NCBI GenBank assembly: GCA_001767495.1
Contig: MELA01000141.1
Location: 933-64,932, forward strand
DNA length: 64,000 nucleotides
Source of the DNA: Acidobacteria bacterium RIFCSPLOWO2_12_FULL_65_11
GTDB lineage: Bacteria > Acidobacteriota > Vicinamibacteria > Vicinamibacterales > CAVVIG01
Direction: 5' to 3'
Below are positions 8,312 through 16,665 of the stretch, one piece after another. The first letter of the stretch is position 1. Each line of letters opens with the position of its first letter. A program made the translations under genes and the position numbers. The notes under the pieces were generated by a model. That model had not been told where the DNA came from and did no database searches. It saw only the letters and a program-made list of their open reading frames with translations.

Positions 8312-9772
8312 AGAAGTGCGAAGAGGCAGGCGCACGGTAATTGTGGTACCTCCGCCAACCGGGCAATCGACCGTGATCGTCCCTCCGTGCGCCTCGACGA
8401 ACTGCTTCGTCGTCGGCAGGCCGAGCCCGGTGCCTTTCGACTTGGTCGTGAAGAACGGCGTGAAAATTTTCTCCCGCACGTCGGGAGGAATCCCCGGACC
8501 GGAATCGACAATGACGATCTCGCAGCTGTTCTCAATCGAGGTCACAGATGTGCCGATCACACCCTTGCCGCGCATCGCCTGGGCGCTGTTGAGCAGCAGG
8601 TTCTCAAAGACGACGCCCAACAGACTGGCATCGGCCATGACGGGAGGGACAGCGCCCGAGATCTCCACGCGCAGATCCTTGAACGACGCGTCCTTCCGGA
8701 GCAGATCGGCGGTCGTCTCGAGCAGGGACACCACATCGAGTGGCGTCGGCTTGGGCTGAGGCGGCCGCGCGAACAGCAGCAGATCCCTCATCAGGTCGTT
8801 CAATCCATCGACGCGCCGGATGACTTCCTCCATCACCGCCTTATCCCGGCTGCCTGCTGGCAACCGGCCGGCGATCACTTGAACGGCGCCTCGCACGGCG
8901 GCGAGCGGATTCTTCACCTCGTGGGCGAGGACGGCCGCCATTTCGCCGAGCCTGGCGAGCCCCGCCTGCTCACGAAGCTGTTCTTCCAACTGCACCCGAG
9001 ACGTCAGGTCGTGGATGATCCCCGAAAACTTGCGCTCGCCGCCGACGGTCATCTCGCCGACCGACAGATGGATGGGGAAGGTCGTTCCGTCCTTGCGGCG
9101 GCCGAACACCGCGCGGCCGATGCCGATGATCTTTCGTACGCCCGTCGCCAGGTACCGCTCGATGTATCGGTCGTGTTCCTCGCGATATGGCGACGGCATC
9201 AGGATGTTCACGCGCTGGCCCAACACCTCCTCTTCCGTGTATCCGAACAATCGTTGAGCCGCCGGATTGAAGGCTTCGACCCGGCCGCGCGCATCGATCA
9301 GGACGATGCCATCGACGGCGGACTCGACGACAGCCCGCCAGCGGGCTTCGCTGTCGCGCAGTTGCTCCTCTAGCTGGACCCGAGTGGTGAGATCGTGAAT
9401 GATCCCCGTGAACTTGCGCTCGCCGCCGACCGACATCTCGCCGACGGAGAGATGGATGGGGAACGTGCGACCGTCCTTGCGACGGGCGATGACCTCCCGA
9501 CCGAGGCCGATGATCCTGGGCACGCCCGTGGTCAGGTATCGCTCGATGTACCCGTCGTGCTCGTCGTGATACGGCGCCGGCATCAGCATGCTGACGTTAC
9601 GGCCCATCACGTCGGCCGCGGCGTAACCGAACAAGCGCTCCGCGGCCGGATTGAAGGCTTCGATGCGACCGCGAGCATCGATGACGACAATGCCGTCGAC
9701 GGCGGATTCTACGATGGCCGCCAGAACGCGAGCCGCGTTCTCTCCCAGCTTGAGATTCGTGGGGTCTGACAT
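8306..9772 (-). CDS. cytoplasmic PAS-PAS sensor histidine kinase
   Basis: Two near-duplicate PAS modules (VESAVDGIV.IDARGR.EAFNPAA.RLFGY). HisKA H-box LAHEVKNPL. HATPase motifs DSGPGIP and GTGLGL. Confidence 0.92.
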   Translation of the reverse strand: MSDPTNLKLGENAARVLAAIVESAVDGIVVIDARGRIEAFNPAAERLFGYAAADVMGRNVSMLMPAPYHDEHDGYIERYLTTGVPRIIGLGREVIARRKDGRTFPIHLSVGEMSVGGERKFTGIIHDLTTRVQLEEQLRDSEARWRAVVESAVDGIVLIDARGRVEAFNPAAQRLFGYTEEEVLGQRVNILMPSPYREEHDRYIERYLATGVRKIIGIGRAVFGRRKDGTTFPIHLSVGEMTVGGERKFSGIIHDLTSRVQLEEQLREQAGLARLGEMAAVLAHEVKNPLAAVRGAVQVIAGRLPAGSRDKAVMEEVIRRVDGLNDLMRDLLLFARPPQPKPTPLDVVSLLETTADLLRKDASFKDLRVEISGAVPPVMADASLLGVVFENLLLNSAQAMRGKGVIGTSVTSIENSCEIVIVDSGPGIPPDVREKIFTPFFTTKSKGTGLGLPTTKQFVEAHGGTITVDCPVGGGTTITVRLPLRTSL

Positions 9773-9873
9773 CTCCGAGGAGGCGCCTCCGAGCGCTCGC
9801 CGACGAGCTTATCTCAGCTCGTAGCCCTGCGACGCGGGCTTTCGCGATTATTTCGGCCTGCCGACGGTCGCCG

Positions 9874-9889
9874 TGGCACGGAGTGTGCT
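9874..9889 (+). promoter_or_regulatory. candidate sigma-54 promoter (-24/-12)
   Basis: TGGCACGGAGTGTGCT versus consensus TGGCACG-N4-TTGCW. GG-N10-GC spacing is exact, with one mismatch (G for T at -14). Divergent from the kinase operon. Confidence 0.45.
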
Positions 9890-9901
9890 CTCCGCTCGGC
9901 C

Positions 9902-10249
9902 GTGCACGCCGCCACATCCGCCGCCAGGACGATCGCGGAGCGCATCGCTTCTGCAGACACGGGCTCCGCATTGGACCGGGCGGTTGCCGAGTTTGCGGAT
10001 GTATTGAGAGGCGTCCCTAACCAGGGTGTGGCCGAATTCACCCCAGCCGATCACGAGGCGCTCAAGGCGCTTGCAGAGCGCGTCATCGACCGAATCGAGG
10101 ACCGCCTGGCCGCGCACCACGATCGCGCATCGATTCAGCAGGACCTTGCCGGCGCCATCTACCGGATCCGTCGAGAGCTGGAGGAGATCGATCGCTGGCA
10201 GCGTCATTACCAGGGAACGGAGGGGCCGGCTTCCGGGAGGGCATCATGA
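9902..10249 (+). CDS. hypothetical helical protein
   Basis: High GC3 ORF whose TGA overlaps the next ATG (ATGA), suggesting coupling to the usp gene. GTG start is uncertain because it sits about at the predicted sigma-54 transcription start. Confidence 0.45.
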   Translation: MHAATSAARTIAERIASADTGSALDRAVAEFADVLRGVPNQGVAEFTPADHEALKALAERVIDRIEDRLAAHHDRASIQQDLAGAIYRIRRELEEIDRWQRHYQGTEGPASGRAS

Positions 10250-10749
10250 TTCAGATGAAGAACATTCTCGTGGCCACCGACTTTGGCGAAGCGGCCGACG
10301 CCGCGCTGGCCTACGGCCGCACGTTGGCGCGCACCTTCGGCGCCACGCTGCACGTGATCCACGTGGCCGAGAATGTGATCATGAGAAACGCGGGTCTGGG
10401 TGGCGAGAGCTACATCACGCTGCTGCCGGATCTGCAGCGCGACATCGAAGCGTCGGCGCGCAAGCAGCTCGACGAGCGGCTCATTGACGACGACCGGCCC
10501 GCGATCCCGACCAAGAGCAGCATCGTCACATCGATCGTGCCGGCACGATCGATCGTCGAGTACGCGAAGAACGCCGGCATCGATCTGGTCGTGATCGGGA
10601 CGCACGGCCGGGGCGGCCTCACTCGCCTGTTCATGGGGAGCGTGGCCGAGCGGGTCGTCCGCACCTCGCCGTGCCCGGTGCTGACCGTGCATCATCCGGA
10701 GCGCGAGTTCGTACTGCCGGATGCGCTGGTGGCCACGACCAAGGCCTGA
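10246..10749 (+). CDS. universal stress protein (UspA family)
   Basis: ILVATDFGEAADAAL..LHVIHV..DLVVIGTHGRGGLTRLFMGSVAERVVRTSPCPVLTV is a canonical Usp ATP-binding motif. Confidence 0.9.
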   Translation: MIQMKNILVATDFGEAADAALAYGRTLARTFGATLHVIHVAENVIMRNAGLGGESYITLLPDLQRDIEASARKQLDERLIDDDRPAIPTKSSIVTSIVPARSIVEYAKNAGIDLVVIGTHGRGGLTRLFMGSVAERVVRTSPCPVLTVHHPEREFVLPDALVATTKA

Positions 10750-10750
10750 C

Positions 10751-11701
10751 GTGAAGCGCAACGTGTTGCGGGTCTTGTGCCCGGTTGATTTCTCAGAGTC
10801 CTCGCGTCGGGCGCTCAGGTATGCCGCCGCGGTGGCCGGCCTGTATGGCGGGCGATTGACGGTGCTCTTCGTGGAGGACGCCCTGCTCGTGTCGGCTGCC
10901 GCGGCTGGCTACGACCCACGCGTCCTCGCGAAAGCCTCGATGAGAGAACTGCGCCGGTTCGTCAGCCAGGCGATTGGACGAGCGCGTGCACGGTCGGTCG
11001 AGTGCGCGGTGTCGCTCGGCGTCCCAGCCCGCGAGATCGAGAAGGTCGCCACGCGGCTTCGCGCCCACCTGATCGTGATGGGCACGCACGGTCTCCGCGG
11101 TCCGAAGCGGCTCTTCTTCGGGTCGACGACGCGTGACGTGCTGAGGCGCGCCACGGTGCCCGTGTTGGCGGTGCCGCGGGCCGCCGCGCGCCGGCCGCCG
11201 GCGTCATGGCCCGGCGATCGCTTTCTCGCGGGCATCGAGCTCGGCAGCAACGCCCGGACCGACGCGCGGGCCGCCGCGACATTCGCCCGCGGCTTCGGCG
11301 CGGCCTTGCTCCTGGTCCACGTCCTGCCCGACCTTCAGGCGCCGTCCTGGGTCCGCGCACGTCCGGGCGAGCCCGAGAGCCGCCGCGTGGCCAAGGCCCG
11401 GATGCAGCTCAAACGCGTCATGGCGGGGCTCGGCCCTCGAGTCCACGCGGAGCCGTGCGTGCTCGTCGGAAACCCCGCCGACACGATCTCGGCCGAGGCC
11501 GCCCGCCTGCGAATTGGACTGATCGTGCTTGTTCTGCGAGGTGCCCGCGGCGTGTTCGGCGCGCGTCCCGGGTCGATCGCTTATCAGGTGCTCTGCCAGG
11601 GGCTGGTGCCGGTGGCCGCCTTGCCGAGCCGCTTTCGCCCCCGTGGTCCATCAGTAGTCAAAGCGGCCCTCCGCGCGCTTGGGTCGACGACGTTTCTCTA
11701 G
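10751..11701 (+). CDS. tandem-domain universal stress protein
   Basis: First Usp domain has LIVMGTHGLRGPKRLFFGSTTRDVLRRATVPVLAV. A second, degenerate Usp domain follows. GTG 10751 preferred over the overlapping upstream start. Confidence 0.8.
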   Translation: MKRNVLRVLCPVDFSESSRRALRYAAAVAGLYGGRLTVLFVEDALLVSAAAAGYDPRVLAKASMRELRRFVSQAIGRARARSVECAVSLGVPAREIEKVATRLRAHLIVMGTHGLRGPKRLFFGSTTRDVLRRATVPVLAVPRAAARRPPASWPGDRFLAGIELGSNARTDARAAATFARGFGAALLLVHVLPDLQAPSWVRARPGEPESRRVAKARMQLKRVMAGLGPRVHAEPCVLVGNPADTISAEAARLRIGLIVLVLRGARGVFGARPGSIAYQVLCQGLVPVAALPSRFRPRGPSVVKAALRALGSTTFL

Positions 11702-11780
11702 ACTACTGCGTCACCCTCACGACCATAAGACATACGTGTACCGCAGTGCTGTCTCGTCGCTGGTCAGAACGCCTGGGGCG

Positions 11781-13625
11781 TTAACTCTCGAAGTCGGGCC
11801 CTCTTGACGGCCGCGTCATGCGCAGGGCGTTGAGAACGGCAAACAGATCGATCGCCTCTTGAAACACCGCTCCGGCCACAGGTGAGAGCAGGCCGAAGGC
11901 GGCCAACATCATTCCGGCCCCGCTCAGCGCCATGCCGCCAATCGCGCTTTGCAGCGCCACGCGCCGGAGACGAAGACTGAGGTGGATGAGCTCATCGACC
12001 TTCGACAACGAGCTGTCGATGATGACCACGCGCGCGGCTTCAGTGGTCACGTCGCTGTGCAAGCCGAACGCGATCCCCACGGTGGCCGCCATCAAGGCCG
12101 GCGCGTCGTTGATGCCGTCACCCACGAACAGCGTCCCCGCCCGCTCGGTTTCCCTGCGGACGATCGCGACTTTCTCCTCCGGCGACGTTCCGGCGTGGAT
12201 CTGAGCAATCGCCATCAGGTCGGCCAGCCGCCTGACCTCCGCCTCGCGATCGCCGGAGACGACGAGCACGCGGGTAAACCCGTGTTTTGGTCCCAGGTGA
12301 TCGACAAATCCCCGACTGTCCGGCCGGGGCAGGTCATGGAACCTGAAAATCGCCGCATAGCGATCGTCGATGATGACGACGCACTCGAGGCCCGTCGGCT
12401 GGCTCGGTGGCAACTCGAACCGGTTGACCGCATTCGACCGGTTGGTGATTAAGACGGAGAAATCGCCCACCTTCCCGCGCAAGCCCACCCCGGGTTCCTC
12501 GCGAATCCACGCCACGTCCGGCAACGGGTATCGAGCATCAGCGGCCGCCTGGGCGATGGCGGCGGCGAGCGGATGACGGCTGTACTGCTCCATCGCCGCC
12601 ACGACCGGGAGGACGGTATCTCGGGTGAACGGCGGCGCGTACAGCTCGTCGCTCAGGCTCGGACGGCCCAAGGTCAGCGTCCCTGTCTTGTCGAAAATCA
12701 TCGTGTGACAGCGCCCCAGCTGCTCGAGGGCAGCCGGGTCTTTCACGATGACGCTCCGCCGCGCGGCCGTGGAAATGGCGCCGATGATGGCGACCGGAAT
12801 GGCAATGAGCAGCGGACACGGCGTCGCCACCACGACGACGCTCAGGAACCGAGTGGGGCTTCCAGACCACCACCACGCGCCCGCCGCCAGTCCAAGGGCC
12901 ACCGGCGTGTACCAGGCGCCAAGCTGGTCGCCGATTCGACGGAGCTTCGGACGTCGCTCGTCGGCCTCCTGCATGACCTGCATGATGCGCGCATAGCGGC
13001 TGTCGGCAGCGATGCGAGTGGCGCGAATCGCAAGCGACGTCTCGCCATTGACGGCACCAGAGAGGACCGAGGCGCCCGGTCCCTTGGAGATCGTGAACGG
13101 CTCGCCCGTCAGGTACGACTCGTCCATCGTCCCGTGGCCTTGAATCACTTCGCCGTCCACCGGGCAGATTTCATGAGGGAGGACAGAGAGCTCTTCGCCG
13201 ACCGCGATCTCGGCAACCGGCACATCCTCGAACCCGCTCCCGCGCCGGCGATGCGCGAGCGTGGGGACGCGGCGCGCCAGCGCGCGCAATACCGAGGTGG
13301 CCTCGGCGACCGCATAGCTCTCGAGCGTCTCCCCGCCGGCCAGCATCAGCACCACGATCGCGCCCGCGAGGTACTCGTCGAGCACAACGGAAGCCACGAT
13401 CGAGATCCCAGCGAGGTGATCGGAGCCAAACTGACCGTGCGCGCCCCGCCAGGCCAGGCGCAACACCAGAGGGAGACCTCCGCCGGCCAGCACGATGAGC
13501 AGCGGCAGATTCGCGGCTTGACCGAGCGAGCCGCCTGAGACGAGGTACCGCAGAGTGAGGTAAACAAGGATGCCGGCGAGGCTCAGGAGGGCAATCAGCG
13601 CGTTGGTGTCCCTCCAGAACCTCAT
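11781..13625 (-). CDS. P1B-type heavy-metal P-type ATPase with TPCP transmembrane motif (P1B-5-like), no N-terminal metal-binding domain
   Basis: [17 protein letters not shown] and TGEP motifs. TM motif VATPCPLLIAIP. Start set to ATG 13625 (MRFWRD). Confidence 0.88.
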   Translation of the reverse strand: MRFWRDTNALIALLSLAGILVYLTLRYLVSGGSLGQAANLPLLIVLAGGGLPLVLRLAWRGAHGQFGSDHLAGISIVASVVLDEYLAGAIVVLMLAGGETLESYAVAEATSVLRALARRVPTLAHRRRGSGFEDVPVAEIAVGEELSVLPHEICPVDGEVIQGHGTMDESYLTGEPFTISKGPGASVLSGAVNGETSLAIRATRIAADSRYARIMQVMQEADERRPKLRRIGDQLGAWYTPVALGLAAGAWWWSGSPTRFLSVVVVATPCPLLIAIPVAIIGAISTAARRSVIVKDPAALEQLGRCHTMIFDKTGTLTLGRPSLSDELYAPPFTRDTVLPVVAAMEQYSRHPLAAAIAQAAADARYPLPDVAWIREEPGVGLRGKVGDFSVLITNRSNAVNRFELPPSQPTGLECVVIIDDRYAAIFRFHDLPRPDSRGFVDHLGPKHGFTRVLVVSGDREAEVRRLADLMAIAQIHAGTSPEEKVAIVRRETERAGTLFVGDGINDAPALMAATVGIAFGLHSDVTTEAARVVIIDSSLSKVDELIHLSLRLRRVALQSAIGGMALSGAGMMLAAFGLLSPVAGAVFQEAIDLFAVLNALRMTRPSRGPDFES

Positions 13626-13846
13626 CGGCAGGGAGCTTAACACTGGTCGTCGAGAACACCGGCAGAGACCGCCGCCGGCGCGACATCGGTGGGGGTTCTG
13701 GGAGATTGGTCGAGAGTGGGCGGCTTCAGACAGGAAGTTTTTCCGGACGTGTGGGAAAAACCTCCGCTTCATAACCACTGGGCCGGCTAATTGCCGGCGG
13801 GTCAAGTGTTTTCGGCCTGATCTTCGCCATCACGGCCAGCCGATGC

Positions 13847-13862
13847 TGGCATCGTCGTTGCC
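13847..13862 (+). promoter_or_regulatory. candidate sigma-54 promoter (-24/-12)
   Basis: TGGCATCGTCGTTGCC matches TGGCAY-N5-TTGC with exact spacing. Lies 80 nt upstream of ORF 13942. A 12-bp inverted repeat (13733-13765) sits about 100 bp upstream. Confidence 0.55.
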
Positions 13863-13876
13863 CTGTAATCCAACCA

Positions 13877-13929
13877 AATGTAGTGTCCGGCTTCAACACT
13901 AAATGTAGTGTCCGGCTTGAGCCGGACCT
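13877..13929 (+). repeat. REP-like unit P with partial tandem duplication
   Basis: AAATGTAGTGTCCGGCTTCA / ACACT / AAATGTAGTGTCCGGCTTGAGCCGGACC. Confidence 0.85.
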
Positions 13930-13941
13930 GGTGGACAAGTC

Positions 13942-14349
13942 ATGACATCAGCCACGCTCGACACACCGGCGGCCATCCACAATCTCTCGCAGATGAACGG
14001 CCCGATGATTCGCCTCCTCAGGACCGAGTCTCTTGGGGGGAATGCCGGCCGGGTGAAGTTGGGCGGCCGGTACTATTCGTGCGCGGCGGCCCACGGTTAC
14101 GCCGATCCACGGTCTGGCCGGATCGTGGCATTCGGCAACGTCCAAGATGTCCCGCCAGAAATTAGAAAAGGGAACGCGGAATTCATCTTGAAAGTCGCCT
14201 TCGGTGGACTCCGCTTTTTCAGGATCGTCCAACTCTTCGCCAACGACGGACCGGACGGCAGACAGCTGTCTCTCGACGCGCGAGAAGTCCTTGAGGAATC
14301 TGTACAGAGATGGAACGAGGCACCCGAGAGAGGAACGACACCATGTTGA
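13942..14349 (+). CDS. hypothetical protein (strand assignment tentative)
   Basis: Lower-GC patch. The plus frame has higher third-position GC than the antisense ORF 13948-14361, and its TGA overlaps the next gene's ATG. No family recognised. Confidence 0.35.
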   Translation: MTSATLDTPAAIHNLSQMNGPMIRLLRTESLGGNAGRVKLGGRYYSCAAAHGYADPRSGRIVAFGNVQDVPPEIRKGNAEFILKVAFGGLRFFRIVQLFANDGPDGRQLSLDAREVLEESVQRWNEAPERGTTPC

Positions 14350-14879
14350 AAGAGAATTCACACAATGCCTGGGTCCATAAGGTCACGCTGGCGGTGACGA
14401 TGTTGATCGCGGCCGGTTTCGCACTGACGCAGACGAGCGCGGCAGTCCAGCAACAAACGCCGCCACAGCCGAACGCGGCGCGAGGCCAGGCGATAGGCCC
14501 GGCCGCGGGTCAGATGATGGTGAACGAGGGCCAGGCCAGCGCGATGATGGCCGAGCGCCAGCAGATGATGGCCAACATGAAGGCCATGGACAAGAAGCTG
14601 GATGACCTCGTCGCGAAAATGACTGCGGCGCGCGGGACCGACAAGGTTGACGCCATCGCCGCCGTCGTCAAAGAGATCGTGGCGCAGCGGACTCAGATGG
14701 GCGACCAGATGACATTGATGGATGGCCGCATGATGGGACACATGATGGAGCACATGATGTCGATGCAGGGCGGCATGATGTCGATGATGGGGACCAGCGG
14801 TCAGGCAGGCACCACTCAGTCAATGGCGAACTGTCCGATGATGAAGGCTCTCGATCAGGAGGGCTCCGGGGCAAAGTAA
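14343..14879 (+). CDS. Met/His-rich periplasmic protein, putative Cu(I)/Ag(I)-binding
   Basis: Signal/anchor VTLAVTMLIAAGFALTQTSAA. Dense Met clusters MMGHMMEHMMSMQGGMMSMMG and MMAERQQMMANM. The metal role is inference. Confidence 0.7.
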   Translation: MLKENSHNAWVHKVTLAVTMLIAAGFALTQTSAAVQQQTPPQPNAARGQAIGPAAGQMMVNEGQASAMMAERQQMMANMKAMDKKLDDLVAKMTAARGTDKVDAIAAVVKEIVAQRTQMGDQMTLMDGRMMGHMMEHMMSMQGGMMSMMGTSGQAGTTQSMANCPMMKALDQEGSGAK

Positions 14880-14893
14880 TGGGGCGGTGTGAC

Positions 14894-15665
14894 ATGTTCG
14901 AGCTGATTGCTGAGACCACCGAACGACCGCTTCGGGAACGCTCACCCATCTCGAAGTTCGCCGCTCTCGGGCTGCACGTGGCTGTCGTCGCCGGCCTCGC
15001 GGGCGTTGCCACGCTGCAGGGCGTCAAGGTGTTGTCTTCGGTGCCCCCGATGACGGCCTTCGTTGTTCCGTCGCCCGTTCCACTGCTCATGCCACCGCCA
15101 CCGCCGGTGACGCGTCAGGCTCCACGCAAGGTCGAGCAATCCTCAAGGCGTGCCGCAGAATCGGCAGCGCCAGTTGAACTGCCCACCCCGGGCTCGGCCC
15201 GCGCCTGACGCCGGCCATGCCGACGCGGTCGCGGGTCTGGCGGGTGTCACGGGTGTCACAGGTGTCGAAGGCGGCGTTGAAGGCGGCATCTTAGGTGGAG
15301 CGATTAGCGACGTCGTTGGTGGCCTCGTCTCGGAGCCTGCGCCGCCGCCGCCGACCCGGGAGGCGCCCGTCCGAATCGGTGGTCAGATTCAGGCGCCGTC
15401 ACTCATACACCGTGTCGAGCCTGTCTATCCTGTCATTGCTTCAGTCGGGCAACTGACCGGGCTGGTCATTCTCGAAGCGGTTGTGGACGAGACAGGTCGG
15501 GTCGAGTCGGTCACGGTCTTGCGATCGCGTCATCCACTGCTCGATAACGCCGCCAGTGACGCGTTGAAGCAATGGCGCTACAAGCCGCTCGTGCTGAACC
15601 GTACGCCGACGATAGGAAACATTGCACTAACCCGCTTCGCGGGAGGCGGTAGCCCGACGTTCTGA
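14894..15665 (+). pseudogene. tonB: TonB-family energy transducer, apparent frameshift between N-terminal anchor/Pro-rich part and C-terminal domain
   Basis: Frame 1 (to 15208) has MFELIAET..TM..PPPPPVT. Frame 2 (from at or before 15150) has GVEGGVEGGILGG plus the TonB C-terminal domain (VEPVYP..DNAASDALKQWRYKP). Confidence 0.6.
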
Positions 15666-15774
15666 TCCTTGTCTCGCGCGTCCGGATTCTCCCACCGAGT
15701 CGATCCTCAATCCTCGCATACGCTCCCGTGCGACCGCCTGGAATGGGCCAGGCGCGTGCACAGAGGAGCCGTCG

Positions 15775-16656
15775 ATGACCCCACTTCGGCAGCGCATGCT
15801 CGAGGACATGGAGGTGCGGAATCTCTCCCCGCACACGCAACGGGCCTACATCGAGAATGTCGCCCGGTTCGCTCGTCACTTCGATCGGTCCCCCGTCGAA
15901 TTGGGCCCCGAGGAGATTCGCGCCTATCAGGTGTACTTGGTCCGCGAACGACAACTGGCCCCCAGTTCGCTCGGCATTGCGGTCTGCGCCCTGCGCTTCC
16001 TCTATAAAGTCACCCTCAAGCAGCCGTGGGCCTTCGACGACCTGATTCCCGCCCCGAACAAGCCGCGGCGCTTGCCGGTCGTCCTCAGCCCCGACGAAGT
16101 CGCCCGCTTTCTGGCGTGCGTCACGCACCCCGAGCACCGCGCCATCCTGACGACGTGCTACGCGGCGGGCTTGCGCGTGTCAGAGGTGGTCCACCTGCGA
16201 CCCACGGATGTCGACAGCCGCCGGATGGTGATCCGCGTCGAGCAAGGGAAAGGCCAGCGCGATCGCTACGTCATGCTCTCCCCGACGCTCCTCGAACTGT
16301 TGCGCGAGTGGTGGCGCGCCCACCGGCCGACCGCGTGGCTGTTTCCCGGCCAGCATCCTGACCAGCCGATCACGAGTCACGCCGTCCGCGAGGCGTGTCA
16401 GCGCGTGCATCGTCGATCGCGTCTCACCAAACCGGTCACTCCGCACGCGCTCCGCCATGCGTTCGCGGTCCATCTCCTCGAAGCCGGGACCGACGTGCGC
16501 ACGATTCAACGGCTCCTGGGCCATCGCAGTCTGGAGACCACCGCCCGCTATCTGCGGATCGCCACGACGCAGGTCTGTGCGACCGCGAGTCCACTCGACC
16601 TGCTCCCACGGCCGGTGCCGCTCTCGTCGACGTCCACCACGCCGCCCACCTGCTGA
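15775..16656 (+). CDS. tyrosine recombinase / phage-integrase-family protein associated with IS91-type element
   Basis: N-terminal SAM-like core-binding domain. Catalytic ..GLRVSE..HALRHAFAVHLLEAGTDVRTIQRLLGHRSLETTARYLRI. Confidence 0.9.
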   Translation: MTPLRQRMLEDMEVRNLSPHTQRAYIENVARFARHFDRSPVELGPEEIRAYQVYLVRERQLAPSSLGIAVCALRFLYKVTLKQPWAFDDLIPAPNKPRRLPVVLSPDEVARFLACVTHPEHRAILTTCYAAGLRVSEVVHLRPTDVDSRRMVIRVEQGKGQRDRYVMLSPTLLELLREWWRAHRPTAWLFPGQHPDQPITSHAVREACQRVHRRSRLTKPVTPHALRHAFAVHLLEAGTDVRTIQRLLGHRSLETTARYLRIATTQVCATASPLDLLPRPVPLSSTSTTPPTC

Positions 16657-16665
16657 CGCGCGCTC

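Noticed and set aside
13948-14361. 137-aa minus-strand ORF opposite ORF 13942-14349
   Set aside because: My hand count gave lower third-position GC than the plus frame, and no coupling to neighbours. Kept only as an alternative, because neither frame has a recognisable family.
15600-15774. Idea that the IS91 unit truncated the 3' end of tonB
   Set aside because: The TonB C-terminal domain reads plausibly to its stop (..YKPLVLNRTPTIGNIALTRF..). Without defined IS ends the disruption cannot be supported.
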